A stretch of DNA of 46,259 nt from the NCBI GenBank assembly GCA_018667575.1, contig JABIUA010000173.1, positions 1-46,259 on the forward strand. Reading direction: 5' to 3'. Positions 10,210 to 20,500 of the stretch are shown here, piece by piece. Under the pieces are notes generated by a model that saw only the letters and a list, made by a program, of their open reading frames with translations, had not been told where the DNA came from and ran no database searches. Numbering within the stretch: position 1 is the first letter of the stretch; each line of letters starts with the position of its first letter. Source of the stretch: Methanobacteriota archaeon (GTDB taxonomy: Archaea; Thermoplasmatota; Poseidoniia; Poseidoniales; Poseidoniaceae). Both the position numbers and the translations under genes were made by a program.

Positions 10210-13200
10210 GTGTTTAAAATGGCTATAAATCACAATCAAATGGCATATGTTGCAATTGTTTCAACACTAATTTTCGGCTCACTTTTTGTTGGGTTTACTG
10301 GCTATCTACAAACCAGTGAATCTTTAGGTAATTTCGATAGTGCTTCTGAAGAAGATATTCAAGGTGAGGGAAGCGTTTCTAGTGAAGCATTAGACTCGGA
10401 TTCAGATGGATTGGCTGATACCTTAGAGGAAACTCAATTCGGTACAGACCCTCTGGACCCCGACACTGATGGTGATGGTATGAGTGATGGTTGGGAAGTT
10501 GAACATGGACTCAATCCATTAGACAATGGAGAAGCCGACCCACTTGTACAAGACCCAGGTGAAGCAGATACCGGTGATGCAACCCAAGAAAATGAGACTG
10601 ACTCTTGGCCAGATCCTAATCAAGGTCCTAACGGTGACCCAGATAATGATGGTCTGACAAATCAAGTTGAACAGAATTTATCTACTGACCCACAAAGATC
10701 TGATACAGACAACGATGGGTTGAACGACCGTTGGGAATCACTTCACACAATAACCATAGAAGTTACTGGAGGAAATATCACTCTATTCGATCCTCTTAGC
10801 GGTAACTGGGATTGTCAATTGCTAACGACTGAATTGGAATTGGCTTTGACAGAGAAATTCAATACCGATGACTTCACTCCAACTTGGCAAGAATTAGGAA
10901 ATTCTGTTGGTTCACATTCATGTGATTCAGTTCTTGATTCGGACTCGGATGGATTATCCAATTTCCAAGAAGAGATTTATGGGACAAATCCACTTCTCAA
11001 AGATTCAGACTTTGACTTATTGAATGATATTGATGAAGTTTCCAATGTCGAGATTAACAATCTGATGATTGGCACAGGTGATAAATGCAATGAAGACTTG
11101 GAAAATGCAATTACACGTGATGCTCCATTCATGATGATGAACGCTAGTTGGTTTTATCTCGATGACGATGGAGATGGATTGCTAAACGGGCCTTCAGATT
11201 GGGATACAGACGGAGATGGTATGCCAGATGGTTTTGAATATTGCTATTCACACCTTGTTGACTCTCCAAGCGGTAATTTCTCTGAACTACTAGACCCAAG
11301 CGACCCAACTGATGGTTTTGATGATTGGGATAATGACGACCTAAATAATTTAGAGGAATATCAATCTGCTAATATCTTTGGTCCTAAGAATTTCACATCT
11401 CCTTGGTCAATGGATACTGATGATGACAGTATGCCTGATGGATGGGAGACTACCAATGGTCTGAATCCACGTGATGGTGACAATGGTAAATTAGACCCTG
11501 ATAAGGATGGATGGGATAGAGATGGCGACGGAGCAGTAACTTACGATGATTTGGTTCTAGATACTAGAGTTGCTGAGATTTATGTTGAAATTGACGAAGC
11601 AGTTCAAGAGAATCAAACAGTTGCTAGAGGTGTAATAACTCTCGCCGGAGGAAATACCGAATTTGTATACCTAAAGGCTAAATCTGAAGGTTTTGTTTAC
11701 TCTATTTTTGTTCAGGAAGACCAAATCATTACTTCACGTCTAACCTCGTGGATGGAAATAGTTGAACAGGATGAAATGTTTACGAACGAAGACGAGTATG
11801 AAGCTAGATACCAAGGTAATGAGCCATTTTTGGATGGCACTAACATACCAAGCCCGATTATCGGCCGTTCTACCGACCCGATGAATCCAGATACTGATGG
11901 CGATGGTTTGAAAGATGGTATTGAAGTATTTGGCTGGGACATTTTAGTTGTAAACCGTGGTGTCGAATTGACACATGTAGTTTCAGACCCGGGATTATTT
12001 GATACCGATGAAGATGGATTATCAGATTTCACCGAGTACTCTTCACTTTGTGATAGTGGTTCGAATGCATCTAATCCTGACACTGATGGTGATGGTTTGA
12101 GTGATCAGTTCGAAGCTACAGGTGGCGGCGGAACTCTTGTATGGCCACTAACTGGTGGTGGAGAGGCTTACACTACTAATGCATGTATGTTTGACACTGA
12201 TAACGATGGACTTGAAGACGGTGAAGAGGTAATTGCTGGTAAAGATCAATTCCTTACCCACGCTAACAATTCAGATACAGATGGTGATGGCTTGAAAGAT
12301 GGTAGTGAAGTATTGTTTATTCCTAGACCATTCCAAGAACAAACTCATCCTCTACTAAATGATACAGACTTTGATGGAATGCTAGATGGTTGGGAAATGC
12401 AAGTGAAATCTCAAGAAGATAGTACTAACTCACACAGTCTTTGGGTTGCCACTTCTTCTTGGAATCTACCTAATTGTGAAGATACTGGTGGTAATTCATG
12501 TACTAAAGAAGCGGGAGGATATGTATGGCAAAACACTCTTGGTGGATTTGTACAGCAGAAGAAGTTCGATATTCATGAAATGAATTTGACGGGATTCAAT
12601 GTACCAACAAACCCATTGTGTGATGGATGTAATGGACGTTGGGCTCTAGACCCTTCGAATGAATCTTATGTCAGTAAATTATCTGACAATGTATATGATA
12701 TTGATAATGATTCATTGATGAATAGTGCTGAAGCCCCTGATAAGTGGAATACTAACCCAGTTGACCGTGACTCAGATGGAGATATGTTATTCGATGGCTG
12801 GGAAGTAAAATATTCTCAGTATGCCATTGAAAGTGGACTTGTGGACAATGGGACACTTGAAGCAAACGGTGCGAGAGGTGTTCTTGACCCATCGATGTAT
12901 GACAGTGACTTAGATGGTATCTCTGATGGTATGGAAGACCCTGATAACGATGGTCTTAACCAATCCGGATTAATTAAGCGATATTGCCCTGGATACAACG
13001 ACTCTACTAATTCAGAATGCCACATAGACCCCGATACCCCAGATGGTAAGAAGTTCTACGATAACTTAGCAAACTACACAAATTTTGAAGAAATGGAAAA
13101 CAATACAAATCCTGTTTCAAATGATACTGATGGTGACCAATGGACTGACGGTCCAGAAGTTTACTTCCAAGACCATGACGAAGATGGAATGGCCACAGGG

Positions 13201-13362
13201 TGGGAATATCACTTCTCTTTCGATCCTTTCGATTCAGCCGATAGAATGTTCGATACAGATGGAGATGGACACGTTAACTACTGTGAATACAAGTGGGATA
13301 CAAATCCAAGAGATCCGAACAGTTTCCCTGGTCAGGGTGAATTGTGCGACCCATTCGCATGA
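10210..13362 (+). CDS. Giant acidic cell-surface protein built from thrombospondin type 3 (TSP3) calcium-binding repeats, with an N-terminal membrane anchor
   Basis: The N-terminal hydrophobic segment is MAYVAIVSTLIFGSLFVGFTGYL. Many D-x-D-x-D-G-x-x-D-x-x-E motifs follow (DPDTDGDGMSDGWEVEHGLNP, NPDTDGDGLKDGIE, NPDTDGDGLSDQFE, NSDTDGDGLKDGSE, DTDNDGLEDGEE and others). The ATG at 10219 is an alternative start. Confidence 0.75.
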   Translation: MFKMAINHNQMAYVAIVSTLIFGSLFVGFTGYLQTSESLGNFDSASEEDIQGEGSVSSEALDSDSDGLADTLEETQFGTDPLDPDTDGDGMSDGWEVEHGLNPLDNGEADPLVQDPGEADTGDATQENETDSWPDPNQGPNGDPDNDGLTNQVEQNLSTDPQRSDTDNDGLNDRWESLHTITIEVTGGNITLFDPLSGNWDCQLLTTELELALTEKFNTDDFTPTWQELGNSVGSHSCDSVLDSDSDGLSNFQEEIYGTNPLLKDSDFDLLNDIDEVSNVEINNLMIGTGDKCNEDLENAITRDAPFMMMNASWFYLDDDGDGLLNGPSDWDTDGDGMPDGFEYCYSHLVDSPSGNFSELLDPSDPTDGFDDWDNDDLNNLEEYQSANIFGPKNFTSPWSMDTDDDSMPDGWETTNGLNPRDGDNGKLDPDKDGWDRDGDGAVTYDDLVLDTRVAEIYVEIDEAVQENQTVARGVITLAGGNTEFVYLKAKSEGFVYSIFVQEDQIITSRLTSWMEIVEQDEMFTNEDEYEARYQGNEPFLDGTNIPSPIIGRSTDPMNPDTDGDGLKDGIEVFGWDILVVNRGVELTHVVSDPGLFDTDEDGLSDFTEYSSLCDSGSNASNPDTDGDGLSDQFEATGGGGTLVWPLTGGGEAYTTNACMFDTDNDGLEDGEEVIAGKDQFLTHANNSDTDGDGLKDGSEVLFIPRPFQEQTHPLLNDTDFDGMLDGWEMQVKSQEDSTNSHSLWVATSSWNLPNCEDTGGNSCTKEAGGYVWQNTLGGFVQQKKFDIHEMNLTGFNVPTNPLCDGCNGRWALDPSNESYVSKLSDNVYDIDNDSLMNSAEAPDKWNTNPVDRDSDGDMLFDGWEVKYSQYAIESGLVDNGTLEANGARGVLDPSMYDSDLDGISDGMEDPDNDGLNQSGLIKRYCPGYNDSTNSECHIDPDTPDGKKFYDNLANYTNFEEMENNTNPVSNDTDGDQWTDGPEVYFQDHDEDGMATGWEYHFSFDPFDSADRMFDTDGDGHVNYCEYKWDTNPRDPNSFPGQGELCDPFA
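10393..13320 (+). repeat. Dispersed coding repeats (TSP3 DxDxDGxxD modules) within the 1050-aa surface protein
   Basis: Recurrent nucleotide units of the form gaYacWgatggYgatggY appear near 10465, 11885, 12075 and 12283 and encode DTDGDG. Confidence 0.6.
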
Positions 13363-13419
13363 ACCTAATCAGGCGCATGTAGTGCCAAACTTGATGAAAC
13401 AAAGGGGAAACAGGACTTC

Positions 13420-14931
13420 ATGGCGAGGAGTTTAGTTGGTGCTACGCTTCTAATTTCCTTTTTACTACTTGCCGGAAATCTTGCTTTAATCTCTGGAGCA
13501 ACGGAAACTGACACAAATTATCCTAAATCCATTGATTTTGAAAATACTGATGGTATTAATTTCGTGGAGACTCTAAACCTCAATGGTTCTATGAACTTTG
13601 ATGGATACAATCACTCATGGAAAATATTTGATTTATTTGATTTAGGCTCTAGTGATGAACCGGAATTATTACTTTCTGGACAGTATTTAGATTCTATTGT
13701 ACCAAACGATGCGGGAATATGGGAATGGAATTTAGTTGTTAATATTTCTAGTCTCAATTGTACTTGTAGCGTAGTTGTCTCATCATCTTCCAATGGTACA
13801 ATGGGGCAAGAAGAAGCGTATAGTTCAAGTTTAATCGTCTACTTGGGAGAATCGGGGCATCATCCATACATTCTGTATGAAAGTATTTCCAATTTAAAAA
13901 TAGACCAAACAAATTATCTAGTTACTTTCACTGTAATTACCCCTCAAGAAGCTTTAGATGAACTTGCTATTTCGACCAATCAAGGCTTTATTCTAGATTC
14001 GAATTATTGCCAAGCACCTTCAAATGTTTGTTTAGATAATACAATGATTGCTAACCTAAATTACACCTACATAGGAGACAAACTAACTATCAGCATCGAC
14101 CAAGATGCATTATTAATAAATGATGGTTTTTGGATGTTTGATTTCTCACTCAAAGACCAATTTCTCAGAGAATCAAACACAGTTTACTCTACATTAGTAT
14201 TGGATGACACCCCGCCTAGTGTTAGTCTCACTATTAATTCAGATATCCAAGAATCTGAATCATTTCTAGTATACGCATATGTCGATGATTTCTTCATTGG
14301 TTCTCAGTTGTCCCTTACGTGGACTATTACTGACCCTAGTGGCAATAGTAGGGGGCTACTTGAACAGGAGGCCTATCACAATTCAACTATTGAACTAGTA
14401 TTGGACGAGTCTGGATATTGGGATATACAAATATTGGTACGTGATTCTGCTAATTTCATCGTTGTTGAGAATCTAACTGTAAGAGTTGAAAATATAATTC
14501 CTATTATTGATTTAGATCTTAATGGCCTATCAGTCTCTCAAGGAGATGAGTTATTCGTTACAGGTGGCTCACCTTGGTCACTGAATGCTTCAGATAGTTT
14601 TGATACTACCAATGACATTGGAACACTACATTTTGAGTGGTATATGGATGGAGTGAAGTTAGACATATCGAGTCACACTCTTTCTAGCAATGATATTCAA
14701 ATTGAAGGTACTAGCGAAATTAGTCTTGTAATCTCAGATGATGATTCTGCCTCCGATAGTCTATCATTTACACTTTCAGTCAATCAAGTCAATCAAGATC
14801 AGTCATCATCAAAAACAATAATCATAGTTGGTTCTGGTTTTTTTGTGATTGCATTAGTTGTTGGTTTAATTGTGTACTCGCGTAGAGATACATCTACAAT
14901 CGAGGTCCACAAATGGAACTCAAAGAACTGA
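13420..14931 (+). CDS. Secreted, C-terminally membrane-anchored surface protein with Ig/PKD-like beta-rich domains
   Basis: The signal peptide is MARSLVGATLLISFLLLAGNLALISG. The C-terminal TM segment IIIVGSGFFVIALVVGLIVY is followed by SRRD. The body is Ser/Thr/Asn-rich and beta-like, with 9 N-x-S/T sequons by my count. The fold assignment is inference. Confidence 0.55.
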   Translation: MARSLVGATLLISFLLLAGNLALISGATETDTNYPKSIDFENTDGINFVETLNLNGSMNFDGYNHSWKIFDLFDLGSSDEPELLLSGQYLDSIVPNDAGIWEWNLVVNISSLNCTCSVVVSSSSNGTMGQEEAYSSSLIVYLGESGHHPYILYESISNLKIDQTNYLVTFTVITPQEALDELAISTNQGFILDSNYCQAPSNVCLDNTMIANLNYTYIGDKLTISIDQDALLINDGFWMFDFSLKDQFLRESNTVYSTLVLDDTPPSVSLTINSDIQESESFLVYAYVDDFFIGSQLSLTWTITDPSGNSRGLLEQEAYHNSTIELVLDESGYWDIQILVRDSANFIVVENLTVRVENIIPIIDLDLNGLSVSQGDELFVTGGSPWSLNASDSFDTTNDIGTLHFEWYMDGVKLDISSHTLSSNDIQIEGTSEISLVISDDDSASDSLSFTLSVNQVNQDQSSSKTIIIVGSGFFVIALVVGLIVYSRRDTSTIEVHKWNSKN

Positions 14932-14984
14932 TTATTACTCATTCTAAAGGAATTATTCAAGAGTAATGGAGTTTTGGTTGTATT

Positions 14985-16355
14985 ATGTTCGATGCTGCTA
15001 TGAGTCTGGTTGGTTCCGCCCCTGACCCAATCTCCATTGATGAATTTCGCTCAAGACAAAGTAGACTCTTATCTCAAATAGGTAACGATGAGATAGTTAT
15101 TCTATGTTCATCTCCCGAAACCATACACTCTAATGACGTTCATCATCCATACCGTTCTCAGAGTGATATGATATACCTCACTGGCTGGTATGAACCAGAA
15201 TCCGTAATGTTGGCAGAATACATTGATAGTGAGTGGATTATCACTCTTTTTGTCCAACCTAAAGATACATTGAAAGAAATTTGGGAAGGAAGAAGACCTG
15301 GTGTTGAAGGAGCACTTTCGAAATGGGCGGTAGACAGTGCCTATTCAATCGATGAACTGAGTGATAAATTAGGTGAAGCAATCAATAATTGCTCTAAGGT
15401 TTACCATCAAATGGGTGTCAGAACAGATATCGATTCAATTGTTTCCGATGCAATACAACTCAGAGGTAGAGCCAGACAAATGAATGGCACCGGTCCTGTT
15501 GGAGTTGAAGACCCAAGTTCAAAGATTGCAGAATTACGATTACGTAAGTCATCTGCGGAAATTGAGCAGATGAGACATGCTTGTTTTGTATCAAGTATAG
15601 CTCACGAAGCAGCAATGCGTTCTTCGATGAGTGGTCGTACTGAAAACCAGATACAAGCCATTATTGAGGGCTTTTTCGTCTTTGCCGGAACTTCAGGGTG
15701 GGCATATCCTTCAATTGTTGGTTGCGGTGAAAATGCTACGATCCTACATTACAAAGAGAATGACTCAGTATGTGGTGATGATGAAATTATACTAATTGAC
15801 GCAGGTTCAGAGTTCCGCGGTTATGCCTCGGATATCACTCGTTCATGGCCGATAAGTGGTAAGTTTACAGAACCTCAAAGAGAACTTTACCAATTAGTTT
15901 TAGATTCCCAAGAAGCGGCAATTGCAGAATGTCGAGTTGGTAATCCATTCAATGCTCCACATGAGGCTGCTAAGCGAGTACTAGCTGAAGGATTGATTAA
16001 ATTAGGAGTTATTACGCAGAGTCTTGAGGATTCACTAGATCACGATAATGGTCAGTTGAGAGACTGGTACATGCATAATACTAGCCATTGGATCGGCCTC
16101 GATGTCCATGATGTTGGAATCTACAAGCCAAATGGTGAACCAAGATTATTCGAATCTGGAATGTGTTTGACAGTAGAACCTGGGCTTTATTTTGGTTCAT
16201 GGCGCCCAGATGTCGACTGTCCTGAAAGATATTCAAATATTGGAATCAGGATAGAGGATGATGTACTTATTACTGATAATGGCCCTGAAGTTCTAACTTC
16301 AGCATGCCCAAAAACGATTGCTGATATAGAATCAATTGTAGGAAAGTCTTTCTGA
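14985..16355 (+). CDS. pepP: Xaa-Pro aminopeptidase (M24B)
   Basis: M24B metal-ligand contexts are present: ILIDAGSEFRGYASDITR, HNTSHWIGLDVHD, TVEPGLYF and GIRIEDDVLIT. Confidence 0.85.
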   Translation: MFDAAMSLVGSAPDPISIDEFRSRQSRLLSQIGNDEIVILCSSPETIHSNDVHHPYRSQSDMIYLTGWYEPESVMLAEYIDSEWIITLFVQPKDTLKEIWEGRRPGVEGALSKWAVDSAYSIDELSDKLGEAINNCSKVYHQMGVRTDIDSIVSDAIQLRGRARQMNGTGPVGVEDPSSKIAELRLRKSSAEIEQMRHACFVSSIAHEAAMRSSMSGRTENQIQAIIEGFFVFAGTSGWAYPSIVGCGENATILHYKENDSVCGDDEIILIDAGSEFRGYASDITRSWPISGKFTEPQRELYQLVLDSQEAAIAECRVGNPFNAPHEAAKRVLAEGLIKLGVITQSLEDSLDHDNGQLRDWYMHNTSHWIGLDVHDVGIYKPNGEPRLFESGMCLTVEPGLYFGSWRPDVDCPERYSNIGIRIEDDVLITDNGPEVLTSACPKTIADIESIVGKSF

Positions 16356-16365
16356 AGGTGTTACA

Positions 16366-17547
16366 ATGAAGTGGCAGGATATTCTCGAACGGCAAGGGTC
16401 TTGGACCAAGGATAGTTCAGATAGTTTCAGACTTTCAAGTGAAGATGCGATTGAGTTGTATCAAAATGCTCCCCTTCATGAGTTGATGCAAGCAGCACAT
16501 CAACGAAGATTATCGATGAATAATTCTAATATTGTCACATTCTTGGTTGATCGTAATATCAATTATACCAATGTCTGTACTATCAATTGTCAATTTTGTT
16601 CATTTTATCGCCCACCTGGTCATGAAGAAACTTACACACAAACCTTTGAACAGATATCTCACCGAATAACTGAGTTGGAATCGATTGGTGGTTCAAGAAT
16701 TCTGATGCAAGGTGGCGTAAATCCAGAAATTCAATTTGAATGGTATGAAGATTTAATCAAATATTTACGACTTAACCATCCAACAATTGATCTTGATTGT
16801 TTTAGTCCAATAGAAATCGAAGGTATTTCTGAGGTCAGTGGCCTGACTACATTGGATGTATTAACTCGTCTAAAGAAATGTGGCATGCATGGATTACCTG
16901 GTGGCGGTGCAGAGATGCTTGTAGATGATGTTAGAAATGATATTTCTCCTAAGAAAGGTGCTCCGGATAATTGGCTTAAAATTATGGAAGAGGCACAATC
17001 ACTTGGTTTGACTACCAGTGCGACAAATGTATTCGGTTTTGGAGAAACCATTAGTGATAGAGTTGAGCACTTAAGCAGAATTAGAGATTTACAAGATAGT
17101 TCACTATCAAAATACAATATTGGCTTTACCTCGTTTATTGCTTGGCCTGTTCAATTAGAATCCAATACATTTGGAAAAAGAAATCGTGGTGCCAATAAAC
17201 ACACATTAGGTGCAGGACCAACAGAGTATTTACGACATGTCGCTGTCTCAAGATTATTCTTAGATTCAATAGACCATATTCAGGCATCATGGCCTACAAT
17301 GGGCGTAGAAATAGCACAAATGGCACTCTTGTGCGGTGCTGATGATGCAGGTTCAACAATGATGGAGGAAAACGTTGTTTCTGCTTCTGGAACTTCAAAA
17401 ATCAGTGCTAGTGAAGTAGAATTACAGAATACTATCATTCGTGCAGGATTTAGTCCACAACGAAGAGATAGTGATTATCAATATTTAGGCACAGAAATAA
17501 ATGAAAAACTGATTAGAAATCTCCCTTCACCTATTCCATTACAGTAA
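16366..17547 (+). CDS. Radical SAM enzyme of the MqnC/MqnE/CofH family (futalosine-pathway menaquinone biosynthesis likely)
   Basis: The CxxxCxxC cluster lies in NINYTNVCTINCQFCSFYR. RILMQGGVNPE and FIAWPVQ are typical of this family. AAGGTG lies 5 nt upstream of the ATG. I cannot tell MqnC from MqnE by eye. Confidence 0.7.
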   Translation: MKWQDILERQGSWTKDSSDSFRLSSEDAIELYQNAPLHELMQAAHQRRLSMNNSNIVTFLVDRNINYTNVCTINCQFCSFYRPPGHEETYTQTFEQISHRITELESIGGSRILMQGGVNPEIQFEWYEDLIKYLRLNHPTIDLDCFSPIEIEGISEVSGLTTLDVLTRLKKCGMHGLPGGGAEMLVDDVRNDISPKKGAPDNWLKIMEEAQSLGLTTSATNVFGFGETISDRVEHLSRIRDLQDSSLSKYNIGFTSFIAWPVQLESNTFGKRNRGANKHTLGAGPTEYLRHVAVSRLFLDSIDHIQASWPTMGVEIAQMALLCGADDAGSTMMEENVVSASGTSKISASEVELQNTIIRAGFSPQRRDSDYQYLGTEINEKLIRNLPSPIPLQ

Positions 17548-17548
17548 T

Positions 17549-20500
17549 TCATTGATAATATACAATCCATATTTCTGCATGTATGTTTCGATTTCCATTG
17601 CCTACGCCATCCGATGGAGAATATTCTTGACCATTGAATAATCCTTCATAATGTAAATTATTAACTCCAATACCAGACATATCAGACCATGATGAAATAT
17701 CAAATCTCCATTGTTTAACATCTTGACCAGGGCACCATCCTGCTCTACCATACGGCCATGAACCGTATTGGTTGGCAACAACACCTTCACTAACAAGTTG
17801 CTTACATCCATCATTTGAATTTGCAATCGGATGTAGTTCAGCAGTCGAATAACCATTCATCGAGTAATGATGCTCATGATTACAGAATTCGGCACAATTT
17901 TGATTGTCTTGATTGAAGCCATGGCCAGTGATTGTAGCAACGATTTCTACTCGGGTAGTTCCAGAAGGAACTGTGAAATTGAATTGCCTGTCGTATTTAG
18001 ATTCGTCATTATATGTTCCATCAAATTCTCCTCCTGAGAATGCAAACTCTCCACTATCTGCAATATCACCCTCCCCCCAGTTACTTAGTAGGAACGAAAT
18101 AGTCAAGCTTCCACGATTCGCCCCTCCATAGCGAAACTGTCGTTCTTCATTATCTTCAATCATGAATAAATAAGGTGTCAAATCGGTTAACCATCTACCT
18201 TCACGGCCGTATGTCGTAATCCAGCGTACATACTCAGTTCCACAACTATTCACGTTCACAGGGTCACAAATATACAAGTTCGCTTCAAAATCCCATTCAT
18301 AACAACCACCTTCGCTTCCATCGGCTTTCCCATAGCGATTACTTCTTTCATCACATGCATGCTCATGGTAAATCTCCAATGTATCATATGAAGACAGATT
18401 GGAAGGGAATGTGACGTTTCTTTTCGAAGAGTAACCTCCTTGCCAACCGCCTTGGTGATATTCAAAGTCCATCATAGTGATTATCTCAATACCAGGGTCT
18501 TGAAGTCTAATCTCTACAGGGAATTCAGCATTCCATTGTTGAGGTTCAAATGCCAAATGCAATGGTGCGATAGCACCGGACGGATACGAAGACAGAGAGC
18601 CTGATTCTCGTGCCATTTGGAATCTATCAATTCCCATGTACAACGGGTTATTAATAGAACTAATCATATCGCCAAGGCCACCAGTAATGCTACTTGCACG
18701 TTGGTCAATATAGTGAATTCTATCATTCCATTTTGTTTCTTCAGATGGGTTTAGGGAATTCTCTACAGCCGTTCTTCTGTCTATAACATCACTGTGATAA
18801 CTTGTATCAAAGGAACCATAGAATAGATGTGTATTATCTGGTAAATTTCTTATCAAAGTACCAGGGTTTTGACCCCATACATTTGTATTTGAACTTCCGC
18901 TGGAACTTGTATATTTGAATAAGAATAAGTATACGTCTTTTCCTGTCCAAACTTCATCAAAGTAGAATGTTGACCCGAGTGTGGGTACTGTGAAATCTGG
19001 AACTATTTGCATTGGACCATTTAGACTATTTGATACGGTCCAGGGAATGGGTAGTTGAACTACCGTACATCCGATATTGTCAACAGTCCATCGAACAGGG
19101 GTATTGGGACATGAATCAACATTGGCAAAAACTCCATCATCATCCAAATCAGAGCAACCAATATTATTCACGACAAGACCAGTTGGAGTACCTTCACATT
19201 CGTCCAGTAAATCATTAATTCCATCTTCATCAGAATCTCTCTGAAATGCAGCACAACCAAGTTCATCAATATCAAAAGAGTTTGCAGGTGTTTGAGGGCA
19301 TTGGTCAAGTATATCTCCAGTCATATTGTAGTCATTTACCCCATCATTGTCATCGTCATCATCTTCATAAGCATCGTGACATCCATCTTGGTCAAAATCA
19401 GTAATCGAGTCTGCAATCCACATCTGTTCTCCTAGCGGGCATGAATCATTGATATCATCATAGTCGTCTTGGTCGTCGTTGGAATCTTCAACAAAATCAT
19501 GGCATCCATCACGATCCCAATCATTGTTAAGTGTTGAAATCCACCCGAGGTGACCCTTTGGACAAAGGTCGGTATTATCTATTACACTATCATCATCATC
19601 ATCATTATCCTCATCTAAATCATGACATCCATCCATGTCATAGTCAGAAGATTGTTCACTAATCCAGCCAACAACAGATAGGCACCAATCTTGGTAATCA
19701 TTTACTCCATCATTATCATCATCAAGATCTTCAGTTATATCTCTGCAACCATCAGAATCATAATCAGTATTTATATTGGAAGTCCAAGAATTTTCTTCTC
19801 CATCATTGCATCTATCTAATTCATCATTTATCCCGTCTCTATCTGAATCCATTTCAGAAATCATGAAAATCAATGAAATATTTTGGTGACTGGACAGTGT
19901 AGACCAAACACCGCATCTGGCTATGACTTCAATGATATTTTCTTGTGAGTTTGATGCATCAATTATAGCACTCCATTGCCCACTGAGTTGCAAGGATATT
20001 GGGAATTGTTGATATGTATCGTAATTGAAAACCATTGAACATGATTCGATAGATGAATGTTTCAATGTACCTTGTAGCAATATCATCTCGGGATTTTCTA
20101 CTATCATTGCAGTCGGAACAACGATAATTGCTGGATACTCAGTAGGTGGTAGAATTTCTATGATATGGGTTAAATTCCCGCCTTGAACCAGGTATTCCCG
20201 ATTTATGTCTCCTGCTTCCAAATTAATTTTAACTGTATAATTGCCAATCATTTTTGGCTCAAAATATAAGCTACCAGAATCAAATCCTCTTGACCATGAT
20301 AAATCACTCACTACATTACCATTAGGGTCCAAGACAGTTGGTATACCAATCCATGAATCAGGTGTACTAGAGTTTACAATAATCGAAAAACTAACTACTT
20401 CATCCATATTTGAAAAGTCGACTGCTTCAGCCCAACTGGCACTGATTAACAGTAGTGGTTTTTCCACAACATCATCATCTGAACCATCCGAATCTGGACT

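Noticed and set aside
13085-13435. 116-aa plus-strand ORF spanning the end of the TSP3 gene and the start of the next gene
   Set aside because: It is out of frame with two well-supported genes. It has no SD and a non-coding-like composition.
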